Of a stretch of 64,000 bases of DNA, positions 29,931 to 40,979 are shown in pieces. A program made the translations under genes and the position numbers. Numbering within the stretch: the first letter of the stretch is position 1; each line of letters starts with the position of its first letter. Under the pieces are notes generated by a model. It ran no database searches and was not told the DNA's origin. It worked only from the letters and a program-made list of their open reading frames with translations. Source of the stretch: Candidatus Marinacidobacterales bacterium (GTDB lineage: Bacteria; Acidobacteriota; Vicinamibacteria; Marinacidobacterales; SMYC01); the NCBI GenBank assembly GCA_965237955.1, contig OZ250169.1:3520001-3584000 (forward strand), written 5' to 3'.

Positions 29931-32035
29931 TCAACGCCGGGATTTGCTGACGTCAACGACGCAGACCGATATTTTCAACCTTTGCTGATCCGAGAGCATT
30001 TCCTTCAGCTTGCACTCCAGCTCCCGAGCGCCCGGTGGGGTCCAGCCTTCCAATGCGGTCGGACGACAAGCGCTGGCATCGCCGAACCAGAAGACGAGGT
30101 AGATCCCGAAACCCTCCGCTCCCGGATCGCGCGTGTACTTGCTCACGAGCTGGTCCCTGATGGCGGACCACAGGTCTCGATGGCAGCTTCGCTTGATCTC
30201 CACCGGAACGTTAAAGCCACCGTACTCCACCCGAATGTCCGACCTCTTGTCATCGGCGTACGTACCCTCGGGTTGGACATCGACATCCAACCGGTTGAGC
30301 TTCGACTGCAACGCAAACAGAATCGCGTCGCGGCAGGAGTCTTCCGGCCTCGGGTCGGTGGCGCGGTTGTGATGGTCAACATTCCAATAGTGCCTCCAGT
30401 GCGAAGCGCTACCGTCTCGGATCTGTTCCGACAGCTCATTGAGAACCGCAACCACCAAGGCCGCGAGATCTCCCGCGTTGGCCGGCCGGCCGTTATCCAG
30501 TGTCCGCGCGACCTGATCCATCTCGCAGTATTCGAACTCGGCCTCGCGTCGCCCAGCCGCCTGACGTTCCATCGCGTCTGCTACGTCCGGAAGCCATAGG
30601 GCGAAGCGGGGAGCACCGAATAGATATTCGAGCGTTTCTGTAGCCGCCGCAGTCGGAAGCGATGAAAACACCTGAATTAGGTGGGACATGAGCCCCCACG
30701 AGTCCTCGCTCAATTCCCGCCGGTTCAGTGCTGCCCTCGTCAGTACGATCAGCAGTCGAAGGTACTTGGCATCGAACCGGCGGACGAGATCGAGCGGATA
30801 ACCCCCCTTGCACAGGAGGTCCAAGAGACCGCCCAAGTCGTCGATTTCATTGCCGAGCTCCATCAAGGCTTGGTCGTACCGATGCGGAGCAATCAGGAAT
30901 CCCGAAGCGACCCAGTAGATCCGCTGCGCCTTGGGCAGTTGTGCGTTCTTGAGCTTCGTTTGGATTACCTGCTCAAGCTGACGCCCGTCGCAGTTCACCA
31001 CCGCTGCCTTGAGCAACCAGGCAAGCGTTTCAGGGACCGGTTCCCCGCTCTCCACGGGAAACCCGCGAAGCAGCGGCAGGCAGACCAGTTCGGCGAATTC
31101 GCGGTCATCCCCTGCGCCTGTCAGAGCGCGCAGTTCGGATGCGGGAAGGACTCCCATGACCAGCTTCTCCTCAATGCACCGCCTCAGGACATCCGCGATC
31201 AGCCGAGGACGATCCCGCAATACCTGCAAGAACCAATTGGGCCGGTAGGTTGAACCGGGATGAAGTCGGTCGGGACTCAGTTGGTCTTCGGGAACGGTGT
31301 GCAGAATGGTGACAGCCAGCCGGACCTGGTCGTCGCTCAGCTCGGAAGCCTTCAGGGTTCCGGACCTCTCGAGTTCGTTCAGGGCCGCCATGTATGGAAA
31401 GACCAGCGGCAGCACCCTGTCCGAACCGGACCGGGCGATGACGTCCGAAGGAGACGGCAGGTCGTCCCTAACGAGCGAACCAATTAGACCGGCGCGGAGG
31501 TCTCTGACCAGGTTCGTCCCGCTCCCGACAAGTCGCCCAAGCCGTTCGTTCGGAGATTGCCCAGGAACATCGTCGTGGTTGCCGAGGTAGGCTTCGGCTA
31601 CCCGCTGAAGAAGCTCGGGGTTCCCATGCCCTGCCAGCAAGCTTGGTCGCTCTCCCAGAACCTCGCGCTGGCACGCCAGCTGCGCCTCAGTGTCAGAGGA
31701 CCCGCTGGCGCGGAGGACGATTGCCGAGTCAGAATGCGGATCTCCCGCCTGCTCGGTCCTTTCGTCGAAGAGTTCGATCAGCACGGGTTGGGAAGCCAAG
31801 CGCAAGCGTGCCGCCTCGGGCGTCAGACCGGCTATGCGTCCTTCCTTCACGAAGCAGTCCGCAAAAAGACAGACGTAGATCGAGGCGGCTCGGTCGGTCG
31901 TAGCCGACAGCGCCCGATCAAGGCACCACGCGCCGTAGTCGAACGGCCTCGCGCCGAACAGGGAGCGCTCCAATAACCGCATGCAGGATGTCATGTCCGC
32001 GGCACATGAGCACTTCTCGACACCGTACGCGATGC
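29931..32035 (-). pseudogene. C-terminal part of a large helical protein ending in a PD-(D/E)xK-like nuclease domain (NACHT/STAND-associated type)
   Basis: PEDSCRD...PEGTYADDKRSDI...VPVEIK...DQLVSKYTRDP...GIYLVFWFG; the N-terminus is missing. Confidence 0.6.
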
Positions 32036-33172
32036 GAAGGCCGAACCCGTCAGCACGTCGCCGCCGCCCAGGCCCATGTCGAGGAATCCGCGGCCGTTCA
32101 GCCCGCCGTCCAACCCGGCCGTAGCGCCCAGCGGCCCCGCCATGGCGCCCATCGGACTTCTGCCGGCCATGTGTCCGCCACCGGCGGCGAGCCCCGGCGT
32201 CCCCTGCGATAGCGCGCCGGCAGCCGGCGCGGACGCCATCGGACCGTGGACCCCGGCGCCGACCGGACGCACGCCGGCCGAGGCCCCGAGCTGGCTGAGG
32301 AAGGTGAGCGCCATCTCGCGCTCCATGCCCCGCCGCAGCTCCCGCCCCGCGAATCGGCCCCGGAAGCCCGGCTCGCGTGGCGCTTGGAGCCGCTCCTCCA
32401 CGTGCTCGACCACGTGCACCGCCGCCGTCCGACCGAACCGCGCCAGCAGCGCCCGCGGCAGCGGGTCCTGGTTCTTGATCGTGCCGGTCGCCTCGCCGTC
32501 CGTCAGCCGGCCGGGCGACGGGTTCGACAGCGTCAGCGTCAGCGTTTCCTCGCCCTCGTCGTGCGCGTCGTCGAGCACCGCCACCTCGATGGTCTTCGAC
32601 GACTCGCCCGCCTGGAACGTCAGCGTGCCGCTCGCCGCCTTGTAGTCCACCCCGGCCTGCGCGCTGCCGTCTGCCGTTGCATAGTCCACCGTCACCGTGC
32701 CCGACGCTGCCCGCTCCAGCGTCACCGCGAAGGCCAGCACCGCGCCGACGGCTTCTTCCACCCGCGCGTCGGCCACCGCGATCCCCACCGGCCCGGCGAT
32801 GGTCGCCGTCACGGCGCTCTCGAGGCCGCGGCCGTCCGGCGGTCTCCACCGACCCGGCCGGCAACGTCACAGTCAACGCCGCGTGCGAGTCCGGCTCGAC
32901 CGTGATCGTCCAGCCCTGATTGCTGCCCTTCGTTTGGCGGCGCGCCCGCGTGACCTGTCCGTTCGTCACCGAGAACGCCGAGTCCCGCAACGTCTTGTAG
33001 CTCAGCCCCGCCACGTGCTCGCTGAACCGCAGCCCGAACGTGAAGCGCTCACCGGTGTGCTCACCCGGCACGCCGCTGAAACTGGCCGTCAGCGGATCGG
33101 ATGGATCTGGCGGATCGGACTGCGGATCCGAATCCTCCGACGGCGGCACGAACACGACGAGCCCCGCGAACC
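32036..33172 (-). pseudogene. Internal fragment of a Calx-beta surface protein (autotransporter-like), frameshifted ~32830
   Basis: VTVDYATADGSAQAGVDYKAASGTLTFQAGESSKTIEVAVLDD..DEGEETLTLTLSN Calx-beta repeat, then LARFGRTAAVHVV; cut by the IS end at 33173. Confidence 0.8.
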
Positions 33173-33227
33173 CCGTCCTGTGCCAAAACTCGCCCCTCTT
33201 GAAATAGACCACAAATCAGCAGCTTAG
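33173..33227 (+). repeat. 55-bp rve-IS terminal repeat fused to the DUF2924 leader
   Basis: CCGTCCTGTGCCAAAACT...AATCAGCAGCTTAG; inverted copies end at 38350 and 45000. Confidence 0.85.
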
Positions 33228-33344
33228 ACGCCCTTGGAATCCGCCGACCCTTGGGCTGCGTGGCGAGCTACGGGCAGTGAACTTCGCACCCGGAAGTCCT
33301 TTATTAGACTGGACTTTATCGAGCACAAGAGCGAACGTTCGGTG

Positions 33345-33782
33345 ATGCCGCAGGATACAGGGGTTGGCCGGAACGTCGTTTTGGACGGTTTGGACTTCGC
33401 CAGCTTACGGCGGGTCTGGGAGCAGGCCTTCGGGGCTGCTCCCCCACGCTCGCTCTCTCGCGTTTTCATGCGCCGCGTTCTCTTGCACAAACGCCAGTGC
33501 CGTACCCATGGCGGGCATTCGGCCACAACCCGGCGCGCTCTGGCTGCCATGGCGAACGGGACGCCAGGCAACGGCGCCGCCGCTCCCGCAGGATCCGTTT
33601 CCCCCGGTACCCATCTCGTCCGCGAGTGGAATGGCCGGACCTACCAGGTCGAGGTAATCGACAACGGCTATCGGTTCGATGGCAAAACCTATCCGTCCCT
33701 CACGGCCATCACAAAGCAAATCACCGGCACCCACTGGTCAGGACCACGCTTTTTCGGTCTGACGCCCAAGCGCAAGGCCTAA
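33345..33782 (+). CDS. DUF2924 domain protein
   Basis: PGTHLVREWNGRTYQV...YPSLTAITKQITGTHWSGPRFFGL. Confidence 0.88.
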   Translation: MPQDTGVGRNVVLDGLDFASLRRVWEQAFGAAPPRSLSRVFMRRVLLHKRQCRTHGGHSATTRRALAAMANGTPGNGAAAPAGSVSPGTHLVREWNGRTYQVEVIDNGYRFDGKTYPSLTAITKQITGTHWSGPRFFGLTPKRKA

Positions 33783-33783
33783 C

Positions 33784-34925
33784 ATGAAGAAAATCCGCTG
33801 TGCCATCTATACGCGAAAGAGCGCGGAAGAAGGTCTCGAGCAGGAGTTCAACTCCCTCGATGCGCAGCGAGAAGCCTGCGCCGCGTATGTCGCGAGCCAC
33901 AAGGCGGAAGGCTGGGTGCTGCTGCCAACCGTCTACGAGGACGCGGGGATCTCGGGAGGAACCCTGGAGCGCCCGGGCCTACAGCGCTTGCTCGCCGACA
34001 TCGATGCCGGTCTCGTCGAGCAGATCGTGGTCTACAAGGTCGACCGGCTGACCCGTTCCCTCTCCGACTTTGCAAAGCTCGTCGAGCGGCTCGAGGCGGC
34101 CGGCGCGGTTTTCGTCTCGGTGACTCAGTCCTTCAACACCGCGACCAGCATGGGACGACTGACGCTGCATATGCTGCTGTCCTTCGCACAATTCGAACGC
34201 GAGGTCACGGCCGAGCGGATCCGCGATAAGGTCGCTGCCTCCAAGCGCAAGGGACTATGGATGGGCGGCCGCGTACCGCTAGGCTATGAGAAGGACGGGC
34301 GCACGCTGCGCATCAACGAGGCTGAGGCCGAAACGGTCCGGACGCTCTATGCGCTGTACCGGAAGCACGGAACGCTCCGGCAGGTGAAGGCCGACGCGGA
34401 CCGTCTGAGACTGCGCACCAAGCGACGCTTCGCCGCGGATGGAACCCGGACAGGCGGGTTGCCGTTCCGTCGCGGACACCTCCACTGCCTGCTGACCAAT
34501 CCTCTCTACGCCGGCCGCATCCGGCACCAGAGGCGTGTCTACGAGGGCCAGCATCCATCGATCATTGCTCCGGAGCTCTGGGACACGGTCCAGGCGCAGC
34601 TGCAGGCAGGGGCTGCCAAACCAAGGAGACGCACGACGAAGGGCCGTGCAGCCCGTTCCCCACTGGCAAGCAAGCTCTTCGACGAGACCCGGGACCGGCT
34701 GACGCCGAGCCACACCAAAAAGAAAAACGGGCAACGGCTCCGCTACTACGTCTCCCGGCGCCTCATCCAGCACAGTGGCCAAAAGGACCTCTCCGGCTGG
34801 CGGCTGCCCGCCCCGATGCTGGAACAGACCGTCGTGCATCTCATCCGACAGCATGTGGATGCCACGACTTTCTCGGCCTCGTTGATCCACACTCCGACGA
34901 TGCAAGAGAGCTTGCCTCGGTGGGT
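33784..34925 (+). pseudogene. Large serine recombinase (resolvase + recombinase domains), 3'-truncated
   Basis: CAIYTRKS, SLDAQRE, SGGTLERPGL, VYKVDRLTRS, SFAQFERE, GGRVPLGY and LLTNPLYAG motifs; runs into IS5. Confidence 0.92.
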
Positions 34926-36012
34926 TGCCTTGGTGCACAACTCCGATAGAGGCCGAGAGCTCGCTTGGCCCCGACTCCCATCATCCGATCATCTCGCTAT
35001 CAGGCATCCCGAGCGCCGTCATCGTGTTGAGAATCTTGCACCCGATCCTTGCCTCGACTCTCTGTGCCGCCAACCCTCTCGCTCGCATCGCTGAGCCCAC
35101 GATAGCCTTGTAGCGATGGAACGTTGTCTCGACTTTGCTCCGTTTGCTGTAGCCCGATTCTGTGTGCCACTTTCGTTTGCCGAGCCGAGCTTGTGCTGCA
35201 ATGTTGCGATTGCGCTGTCGGCTGCTCGCAGGCCCCGATGCGAGCTGGGCGCCCGTGCGCGGCGGTATCAGCACCCTCGGCGAGCGATGAGCGCTGTGAT
35301 TCTCGATCGCCTCATAGACGCCGCTGGCGTCGTATGCGGTGTCAGCTCTGGCAGATGAGATGGGACTGTCAATCTGTCCGACAAGCGATGCAACCCGCGA
35401 TGAATCGCGGGCTCTTTTGCTCGTCAGCTCGCCGGCGACGACTTCGCCACTCTGCTCGTCGACACACAGATGGAGCTTGCGATAGTCCCTGCTCTTTGGT
35501 GCTCTGCGCAGCTGGCCGGCGTGGACAGCGAGACCGCTGCTGTCGATCAAGATGTGCAACGGCGTCTTCTGCTTGTCTTGGTAGAAGGGGACCTTACCCA
35601 GCTTCGCCTTGCGCCTCGAAATCGTGGTGTGATCGGGCACATCATTGTCTAGCTTCATCAGAGCGAACAACGATCGCAGCAATCCCTCGCTCTGCCTAGA
35701 TGACAGATGAAACACCATGCCCAGGGTGACAGCCGTCTCGATGGCGTGGTTCGAGTACTTGCGTTGACGGCCCAGTTTCCTCCTCCTCGGCCGGGGCGCG
35801 TCCCAGTTCACAAGCTTGCCGGCGGTGAGCGAGATCCAGACGGTCAGGCTCCCACGGTTGCGTAGACCCGCCTCATATTCACGCCAATTCCTCACGCGAT
35901 AGGCCTTCTTCACATACTTCCGCTGAGTGCGTTTGAAAATGCTCATGGGGAACCTCGAATCCGTGAGTAAAGGACAATTGTGGACCGAGATCGCGAGTTG
36001 TGCACCAAGGCA
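34926..36012 (-). mobile_element. IS5-family element, copy 3 (1087 bp; transposase 34981-35946)
   Basis: Same TIRs and transposase as copy 1. Confidence 0.95.
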
Positions 36013-36159
36013 CCTGCCGCCCCTTGCTACACAACACGCAGGTAAGATAGGTTCACGTTTTCAATCAGTGGAAAGGAGGTCACCCAACACTTCATCGCTT
36101 CGATGAGCGTTCGGCTTCACCGGATTCGCTGTTCAGCTTGCTCTGGATTCGGCGTTCAC

Positions 36160-36372
36160 GATGGCTGGAATACGCACCATAGAGAGGCAAGCAGCGAACG
36201 CATTGCGGTCGAGCAGGATGGACACAGAGCCGGGGCTGATATCGACCCGCCGGATAAGACGGAGCAGGGGGACTGCCGAGGCACTATCATTATTACTAGC
36301 GGAACACAGCCCGTCTAAAAAGCGACGCACCGAGGCGAGCTCTCGGCTCCGTTCGCATTTTCGGACACGACG
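36160..36372 (-). pseudogene. Possible serine recombinase C-terminal fragment next to an rve type 2 IS end
   Basis: LLRLIRRVDISPGSVSILLD; 36335-36372 is the reverse complement of the end at 62344. Confidence 0.5.
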
Positions 36373-36549
36373 GGCAGCCTGAGTCAGCTTGGTCGCTCGC
36401 GTTAACTCGGCTGGTCGCCGAGAAGTTCGTCCTCAGCACCTTCCCTCGCGCGCTGACCACGCTCTCCAGCATGTGCTCGAGGGCGGTCCGGGCCCTAGAG
36501 TCCAGTCCCGGACTAATAATGATGATGGACAACCCACCCTGGCCTCGAA

Positions 36550-37380
36550 TCAGGCCGCCGTCTCGGGGTCGGGCGCGCTCGCACCGACGAGCGCCCAGCT
36601 AATGCAACGTTCCGCGTCATCAAGACAACTAGCCGCGCCGGAATCCTTAAGGAATGCTACTCCAGGCTTGACCAGACAGCAGGGAAACTCTAGAGCCAGA
36701 TCCGCCGGTAGTGTCGCCGCCAACCAGGCCAAGCCCTTCGTCACGCCCCCGCCCGTCCAGGCGGTCACGCAACGAACCAGGACGCGCCGCTCGGCTCCCT
36801 CGATAAGCCAGCCCACCGCGCCGGTCCAGGTGTTCCTGATGCTGAGCGCGTAATAGGGGAATCCTGGCAATGGCACCGCCTTGCCACCGATGGCTACCTC
36901 GACGGTAGAACGCAATGCGGCCAGCGTCTCGAGTCGTACATCCGAGCGTGGCGTCTTCTCTGTGTGGCAGGTTGATAGGGTGTAGTGGAACATCACCTCA
37001 CCGCCGCTCATTCTGCGGCTTGGCAGCGTCCGGGGCTCGGCAGCGTCCGGCTCAGCAGCCTCCGGCTCAGCAGCCTCCGGCTCGGCAGCGTCCGGCTCGG
37101 CAGCGTCCGGCTCAGCAGCGTCCGGCTCAGCAGCGTCCGGCTCAGCAGCCTCCGGCTCAGCAGCGTCCGGCTCAGCAGCCTCCGGCTCAGCAGCGTCCGG
37201 CTCAGCAGCGTCCGGCTCAGCAGCCTCCGGCTCAGCAGCGTCCGGCTTGGCAGCGTCCGGCTCAGCAGCGTCCGGCTCAGCAAGAACAGCGGTGATTCGT
37301 GGAACTAGCTTATGCAGCAGCTTCTCCACCTGTGCCACCAACTCCGATGTCAGCTCGGCAATCGTTTTATTGTCTTTCAT
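36550..37380 (-). CDS. Hypothetical protein with acidic AEP(D/E)A repeats; possibly two genes, the second starting MFHYTLST at 36993
   Basis: 276-aa ORF with an internal GAGGTG-ATG start; the last repeat unit is out of phase. Confidence 0.55.
   Translation of the reverse strand: MKDNKTIAELTSELVAQVEKLLHKLVPRITAVLAEPDAAEPDAAKPDAAEPEAAEPDAAEPDAAEPEAAEPDAAEPEAAEPDAAEPDAAEPDAAEPDAAEPEAAEPEAAEPDAAEPRTLPSRRMSGGEVMFHYTLSTCHTEKTPRSDVRLETLAALRSTVEVAIGGKAVPLPGFPYYALSIRNTWTGAVGWLIEGAERRVLVRCVTAWTGGGVTKGLAWLAATLPADLALEFPCCLVKPGVAFLKDSGAASCLDDAERCISWALVGASAPDPETAA
37017..37281. repeat. 15-bp tandem repeat (CCGGCTCAGCAGCGT and variants), about 17 units
   Basis: Directly visible array; 16 in-frame pentapeptides plus one shifted unit. 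Confidence 0.95.
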
Positions 37381-37473
37381 TGAAACCTCTCAAATTCCTG
37401 GCATTTCTCAAGCCCGTGGACACGTTGCATCGGTTTCCGGACCCAAGAATCTATCACACGACAGCTTGATTTC

Positions 37474-37586
37474 GGTGCTTCTGCCATCAAGTGTTGCTTC
37501 AGTTGGCCTGCCTGTGCCGGCGAACGCGTCGTGTCCAAAAATACAAACGAACTCAAGATCGGCACGCCGGGACGTTTCGGAATAGA
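37474..37586 (+). mobile_element. MITE type B left end cut by an rve type 2 IS end
   Basis: GGTGCTTCTGCCATCAAGTGTTGCT, then CGTCGTGTCCAAAAATACAAACGAACTCAAGA matching the reverse complement of 63635-63693. Confidence 0.7.
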
Positions 37587-37742
37587 TTGATGACAGCTAG
37601 TGGACCCACTGGTAGTTGATGCGGGCACGAATCAAAGCTGGGGATTATTACAGCGAATTGGAATCCTCGTTCAAGGGGAAACCGTAGTATCCTGGGAGCG
37701 TCTTTCAATACAGAAGGGGGCAACGCCATTTGGAGGAGAACT

Positions 37743-37994
37743 ATGGCAAAAGCGCGAGTGTTGACGCGGTTGGAACTAGCCGAGCATTTGGGTGTCGATA
37801 AACAGATGGTAACGAAATGGGAGCGGTCTGGGATGCCGGTCCACACCAGAGGGCGCGGCGTGGCGTCTCAATTCCGTCTGGGGGAGGTCCGGGCGTGGCT
37901 AAGGGTGCGGGAAGCGAAGGCCAAAGCGGCGGAGAAGGCGAAGGTGCGGGAAGCCAAAGCGTCAGAGAAGGCGAAGAAGACAGCGAAGGGTTAG
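37743..37994 (+). CDS. Phage terminase small subunit (Nu1)-like HTH protein, probably truncated
   Basis: GGAGGAG RBS; ELAEHLGVDKQMVTKWERSGMP...FRLGEVRAWL. Confidence 0.6.
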   Translation: MAKARVLTRLELAEHLGVDKQMVTKWERSGMPVHTRGRGVASQFRLGEVRAWLRVREAKAKAAEKAKVREAKASEKAKKTAKG

Positions 37995-38350
37995 CCCCAA
38001 AGGTTTGCTCCCAGACCCGCCGTAAGCTGGCGAAGTCCAAACCGTCCAAAACGACGTTCCGGCCAATCCCTGTATCCTGCGGCATCACCGAACGTTCGCT
38101 CTTGTGCTCGATAAAGTCCAGTCTAATGAAGGACTTCCGGGTGCGAAGTTCACTGCCCGCAGCTCGCCCCGCAGCCGATTTGAGCCAGCCGTGCGCACCC
38201 CCGGTGGGCCTGTCGCTCGCCACCCGCAGCCCAGGGGTCGGAAGCCAGCCCTGCGGCGCGAAATACCCTCGATTCTGCGCGGATTCCAAGAGCGTCTAAG
38301 CTGCTGATTTGTGGTCTATTTCAAAAGGGCCGAGTTTTGGCACAGGACGG
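37993..38350 (-). mobile_element. rve end + leader + truncated DUF2924 (module copy 2)
   Basis: Inverted near-copy of 33173-33440, with a complete leader. Confidence 0.85.
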
Positions 38351-38627
38351 GGAGCCGAAGGAGGCCGTGCAGCGGCTTTCTTGCTAGCAGGCCTCGAAAG
38401 GATGTCTCTCTTCCTTGGTCCTTCTTTCATATCGAGACACGCTCCACGATGTTGCGAGTGACGTGCTGTCTACGCAGGTCATAGATCGGTGTGGCCCGAG
38501 GGGTTGGAGTGTCCGGCCAGATACTGCACGTCCTCCAGGGGCACGTCCTGGCTGAGTATATCCGTGATCTCCATCACGCGGATGAATAAATAGAAGGCAC
38601 AACCTGGGAAAGTATAATTGAGGTGGC

Positions 38628-40601
38628 ATGGAGAAGCTCACGCTGGCCCTGGCGTACATGTTCGCCGTCGCCCTACCCGCAGCGGCGTCGGTTCAGCAAC
38701 AGGAACGAGAGGACGATCCCGAGGCGCGCTCCAGTCAGGAGGAGCGCGAACCCGAGGTGCCAACGCTCGACGTCACGATAACGGTATCGGCGCGTTCGCT
38801 CTCCTCCACCCCCCAGGTGGTAACCGTCATCGATCGCGACATGATCGATGACTCTGGGGCACGGACCGTAGGCGAGTTGCTCCCCTATGCGCCCGCCCTG
38901 TTCGTTCTTCCGAGCGCCTCACGCGGTGGCTTGACGACGGCTCAGATAAGGGGGGGAGATCCGAATTTTACCCTCGTGCTCCTGGACGGGGTGCCGCTCA
39001 ACGACAGCACCGACCCGTTCGGTGGAGCGGTCAACCTTGAGAGCCTGCCCCTGATCGGCATCGAGCGCATCGAGATTGCCCGCGGTCCGATGTCCTTCTA
39101 CCGGGGCTCCGCGGCTCTGGCCGGCGTGATCAACCTGGTGTCGGAGAGGAGCGAGCGTGACGAAACCGTCGCTCGCGCTGAGATCGAAGCGGGGAACGGG
39201 TCTGCGTTCCGGACCGCGGCATCCTTCTCGGACGGCTTCACCGGCGGCGATTATTTTGTCGCGGTGCAGTGGGAAGAAGAGGCGGGCCGGGTGGCCGAGG
39301 ATCGGTTCCAGCAACTGCACCTTCTCGGGAACCTGAATTTGAATCTGGGCGAAAGCGCGGGGCTCAGCCTGGGCACGCGAGTGGCGAGCTGGGAGAGCGA
39401 CGATTACCCGGAAGCCTCGGGCGGTCCGCTGCTCGGCTCCGGCGAGGTACGGCAATCGGAGCACGAAGAGATGAGTCTGCGTGCGGATCTCCGGCTGGGC
39501 GAGCCCGCGCGCCGGCGCCACAAGCTGAGCGCCAGCCTGTACCGACACGACCTCGACCGCCAGAGCCCCGGCGTCGGATTCCTGGTGCCTCCTTCGATAG
39601 AAAAAACCCGCTACATGCGAACCCGTGCGGAATGGGCAACGGGACTGCTCACGACCCGCCTCCTGCACCTCAACGCTGGCGTCGACCTGGATCACGAGAG
39701 CGCGCGGAACGAGAGCGTGTTCCAGTTGCCGGTGTTTCTGGGCGGCGACTACGACTCGAGCCGCACCACGCCGGGTGCGTTCGCGGAGCTCATCGTGGAG
39801 CCCGGCCATCTGGTCCTGGACGCAGGTGTGCGATTCGATTTTCCCGGGACCGCCGGTGCTGAAGGAAGCCCCCGCCTGGGAATCGCTTACCGCTTCAACG
39901 ACGACGCGACCGTGCTCCGTGGCTCGGTAGCCCGAGCCTTCAAGCTGCCCAGTTTCTTCGCGCTCGCCAGTCCCCCTGCACTGGGAGGGAATCCGGACTT
40001 GAGGCCGGAGACCGCCTGGGGTCTGGATGTCGGTGTCGAACAACAGCTCGTTCAGGGTCTCCGGGCCGGTATCAACTTCTTCTATACTCGTTATCGGGAC
40101 CTGGTCGACTTCGACTTCGAGAGCTTCCAGAATATCAATCGATCGAGCGTAGAATCTCGCGGAGTTGAGCTGGCAGTCACGTGGAAGGCGACCTCGAGCA
40201 TCGATTTCCAGGCGCAGGTCACCTGGAACGAGGTCGAGGACTTGACGACATTGATGCCGCTGCTTCGCCGGCCTCGGTGGCTGGCCAGCGGTCGCCTGCG
40301 GTGGAGGCCGACGAGCCACCTCTCTCTATCGTTCGACGCCCGCACCGTTTCAGAGACGCTCGATCGACAGCTCCCGGTTCCAGAGCTCGAGCGTGTCGCC
40401 GGATACGGTCTCCTCGGCCTTGCCGGCTCCTGGCACTTTGCCGAGCGGTGGGAGGTTCGCGGCCGCATCGACAACTTGACCGACCATGAGCACCAGGTAC
40501 TGATTGGCTTTCCGGGCCCGGGATTGTCGGGGAGGGTCGGCCTGCGCTACACGTTTCAGCGAAGCACAGAGCCGGAGGCAGTTCCGTCGAAAGGCAACTA
40601 G
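38628..40601 (+). CDS. TonB-dependent outer-membrane receptor (BtuB/CirA-like)
   Basis: Signal peptide; plug motifs IRGG..FTLVLLDGVPLN and IERIEIARGPMS; GNPDLRPE and DNLTD; TATAAT 10 nt upstream. Confidence 0.92.
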   Translation: MEKLTLALAYMFAVALPAAASVQQQEREDDPEARSSQEEREPEVPTLDVTITVSARSLSSTPQVVTVIDRDMIDDSGARTVGELLPYAPALFVLPSASRGGLTTAQIRGGDPNFTLVLLDGVPLNDSTDPFGGAVNLESLPLIGIERIEIARGPMSFYRGSAALAGVINLVSERSERDETVARAEIEAGNGSAFRTAASFSDGFTGGDYFVAVQWEEEAGRVAEDRFQQLHLLGNLNLNLGESAGLSLGTRVASWESDDYPEASGGPLLGSGEVRQSEHEEMSLRADLRLGEPARRRHKLSASLYRHDLDRQSPGVGFLVPPSIEKTRYMRTRAEWATGLLTTRLLHLNAGVDLDHESARNESVFQLPVFLGGDYDSSRTTPGAFAELIVEPGHLVLDAGVRFDFPGTAGAEGSPRLGIAYRFNDDATVLRGSVARAFKLPSFFALASPPALGGNPDLRPETAWGLDVGVEQQLVQGLRAGINFFYTRYRDLVDFDFESFQNINRSSVESRGVELAVTWKATSSIDFQAQVTWNEVEDLTTLMPLLRRPRWLASGRLRWRPTSHLSLSFDARTVSETLDRQLPVPELERVAGYGLLGLAGSWHFAERWEVRGRIDNLTDHEHQVLIGFPGPGLSGRVGLRYTFQRSTEPEAVPSKGN

Positions 40602-40979
40602 CTCCCGAAGCCGGTGACAAGCCGCCGGTCGTCCGAATCCCGTCGTGTCCAAAAACACAAACGAATAGCGGCCTGTTGGTCACGCTGGATCCAACCAGGG
40701 ATGGCCCGTCCGTGTCGAACGCGTGGATCTCAACGAGGCCGACGAGATCGTGGCGATCTGCAGCCGCGGACGACAGCTGTAGCTGATCCTCATCCTCAAT
40801 CTCCCGCTACCCTCACCACCACCCGTCGGTTGGGAGTGGATTGAGGCGTATCGCCACTGGGTGCGCGGCGGAAGGTAATCCGCCCCCAGGATACGTCAAT
40901 CAAAACTGTTGCCATCGGCCTCGTCACGAAGGAACGGTCTTCGTCGGACGCTTACGTATCTGCTGTGGGGCAGGCCCAG

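Noticed and set aside
37017-37281. Possible CRISPR array
   Set aside because: 15-bp head-to-tail units with no unique spacers, in frame within an ORF; no cas genes in the window.
38352-38627. Cobalamin riboswitch upstream of the BtuB-like receptor
   Set aside because: No recognisable B12 box, and TATAAT lies only 10 nt before the start, leaving no leader.
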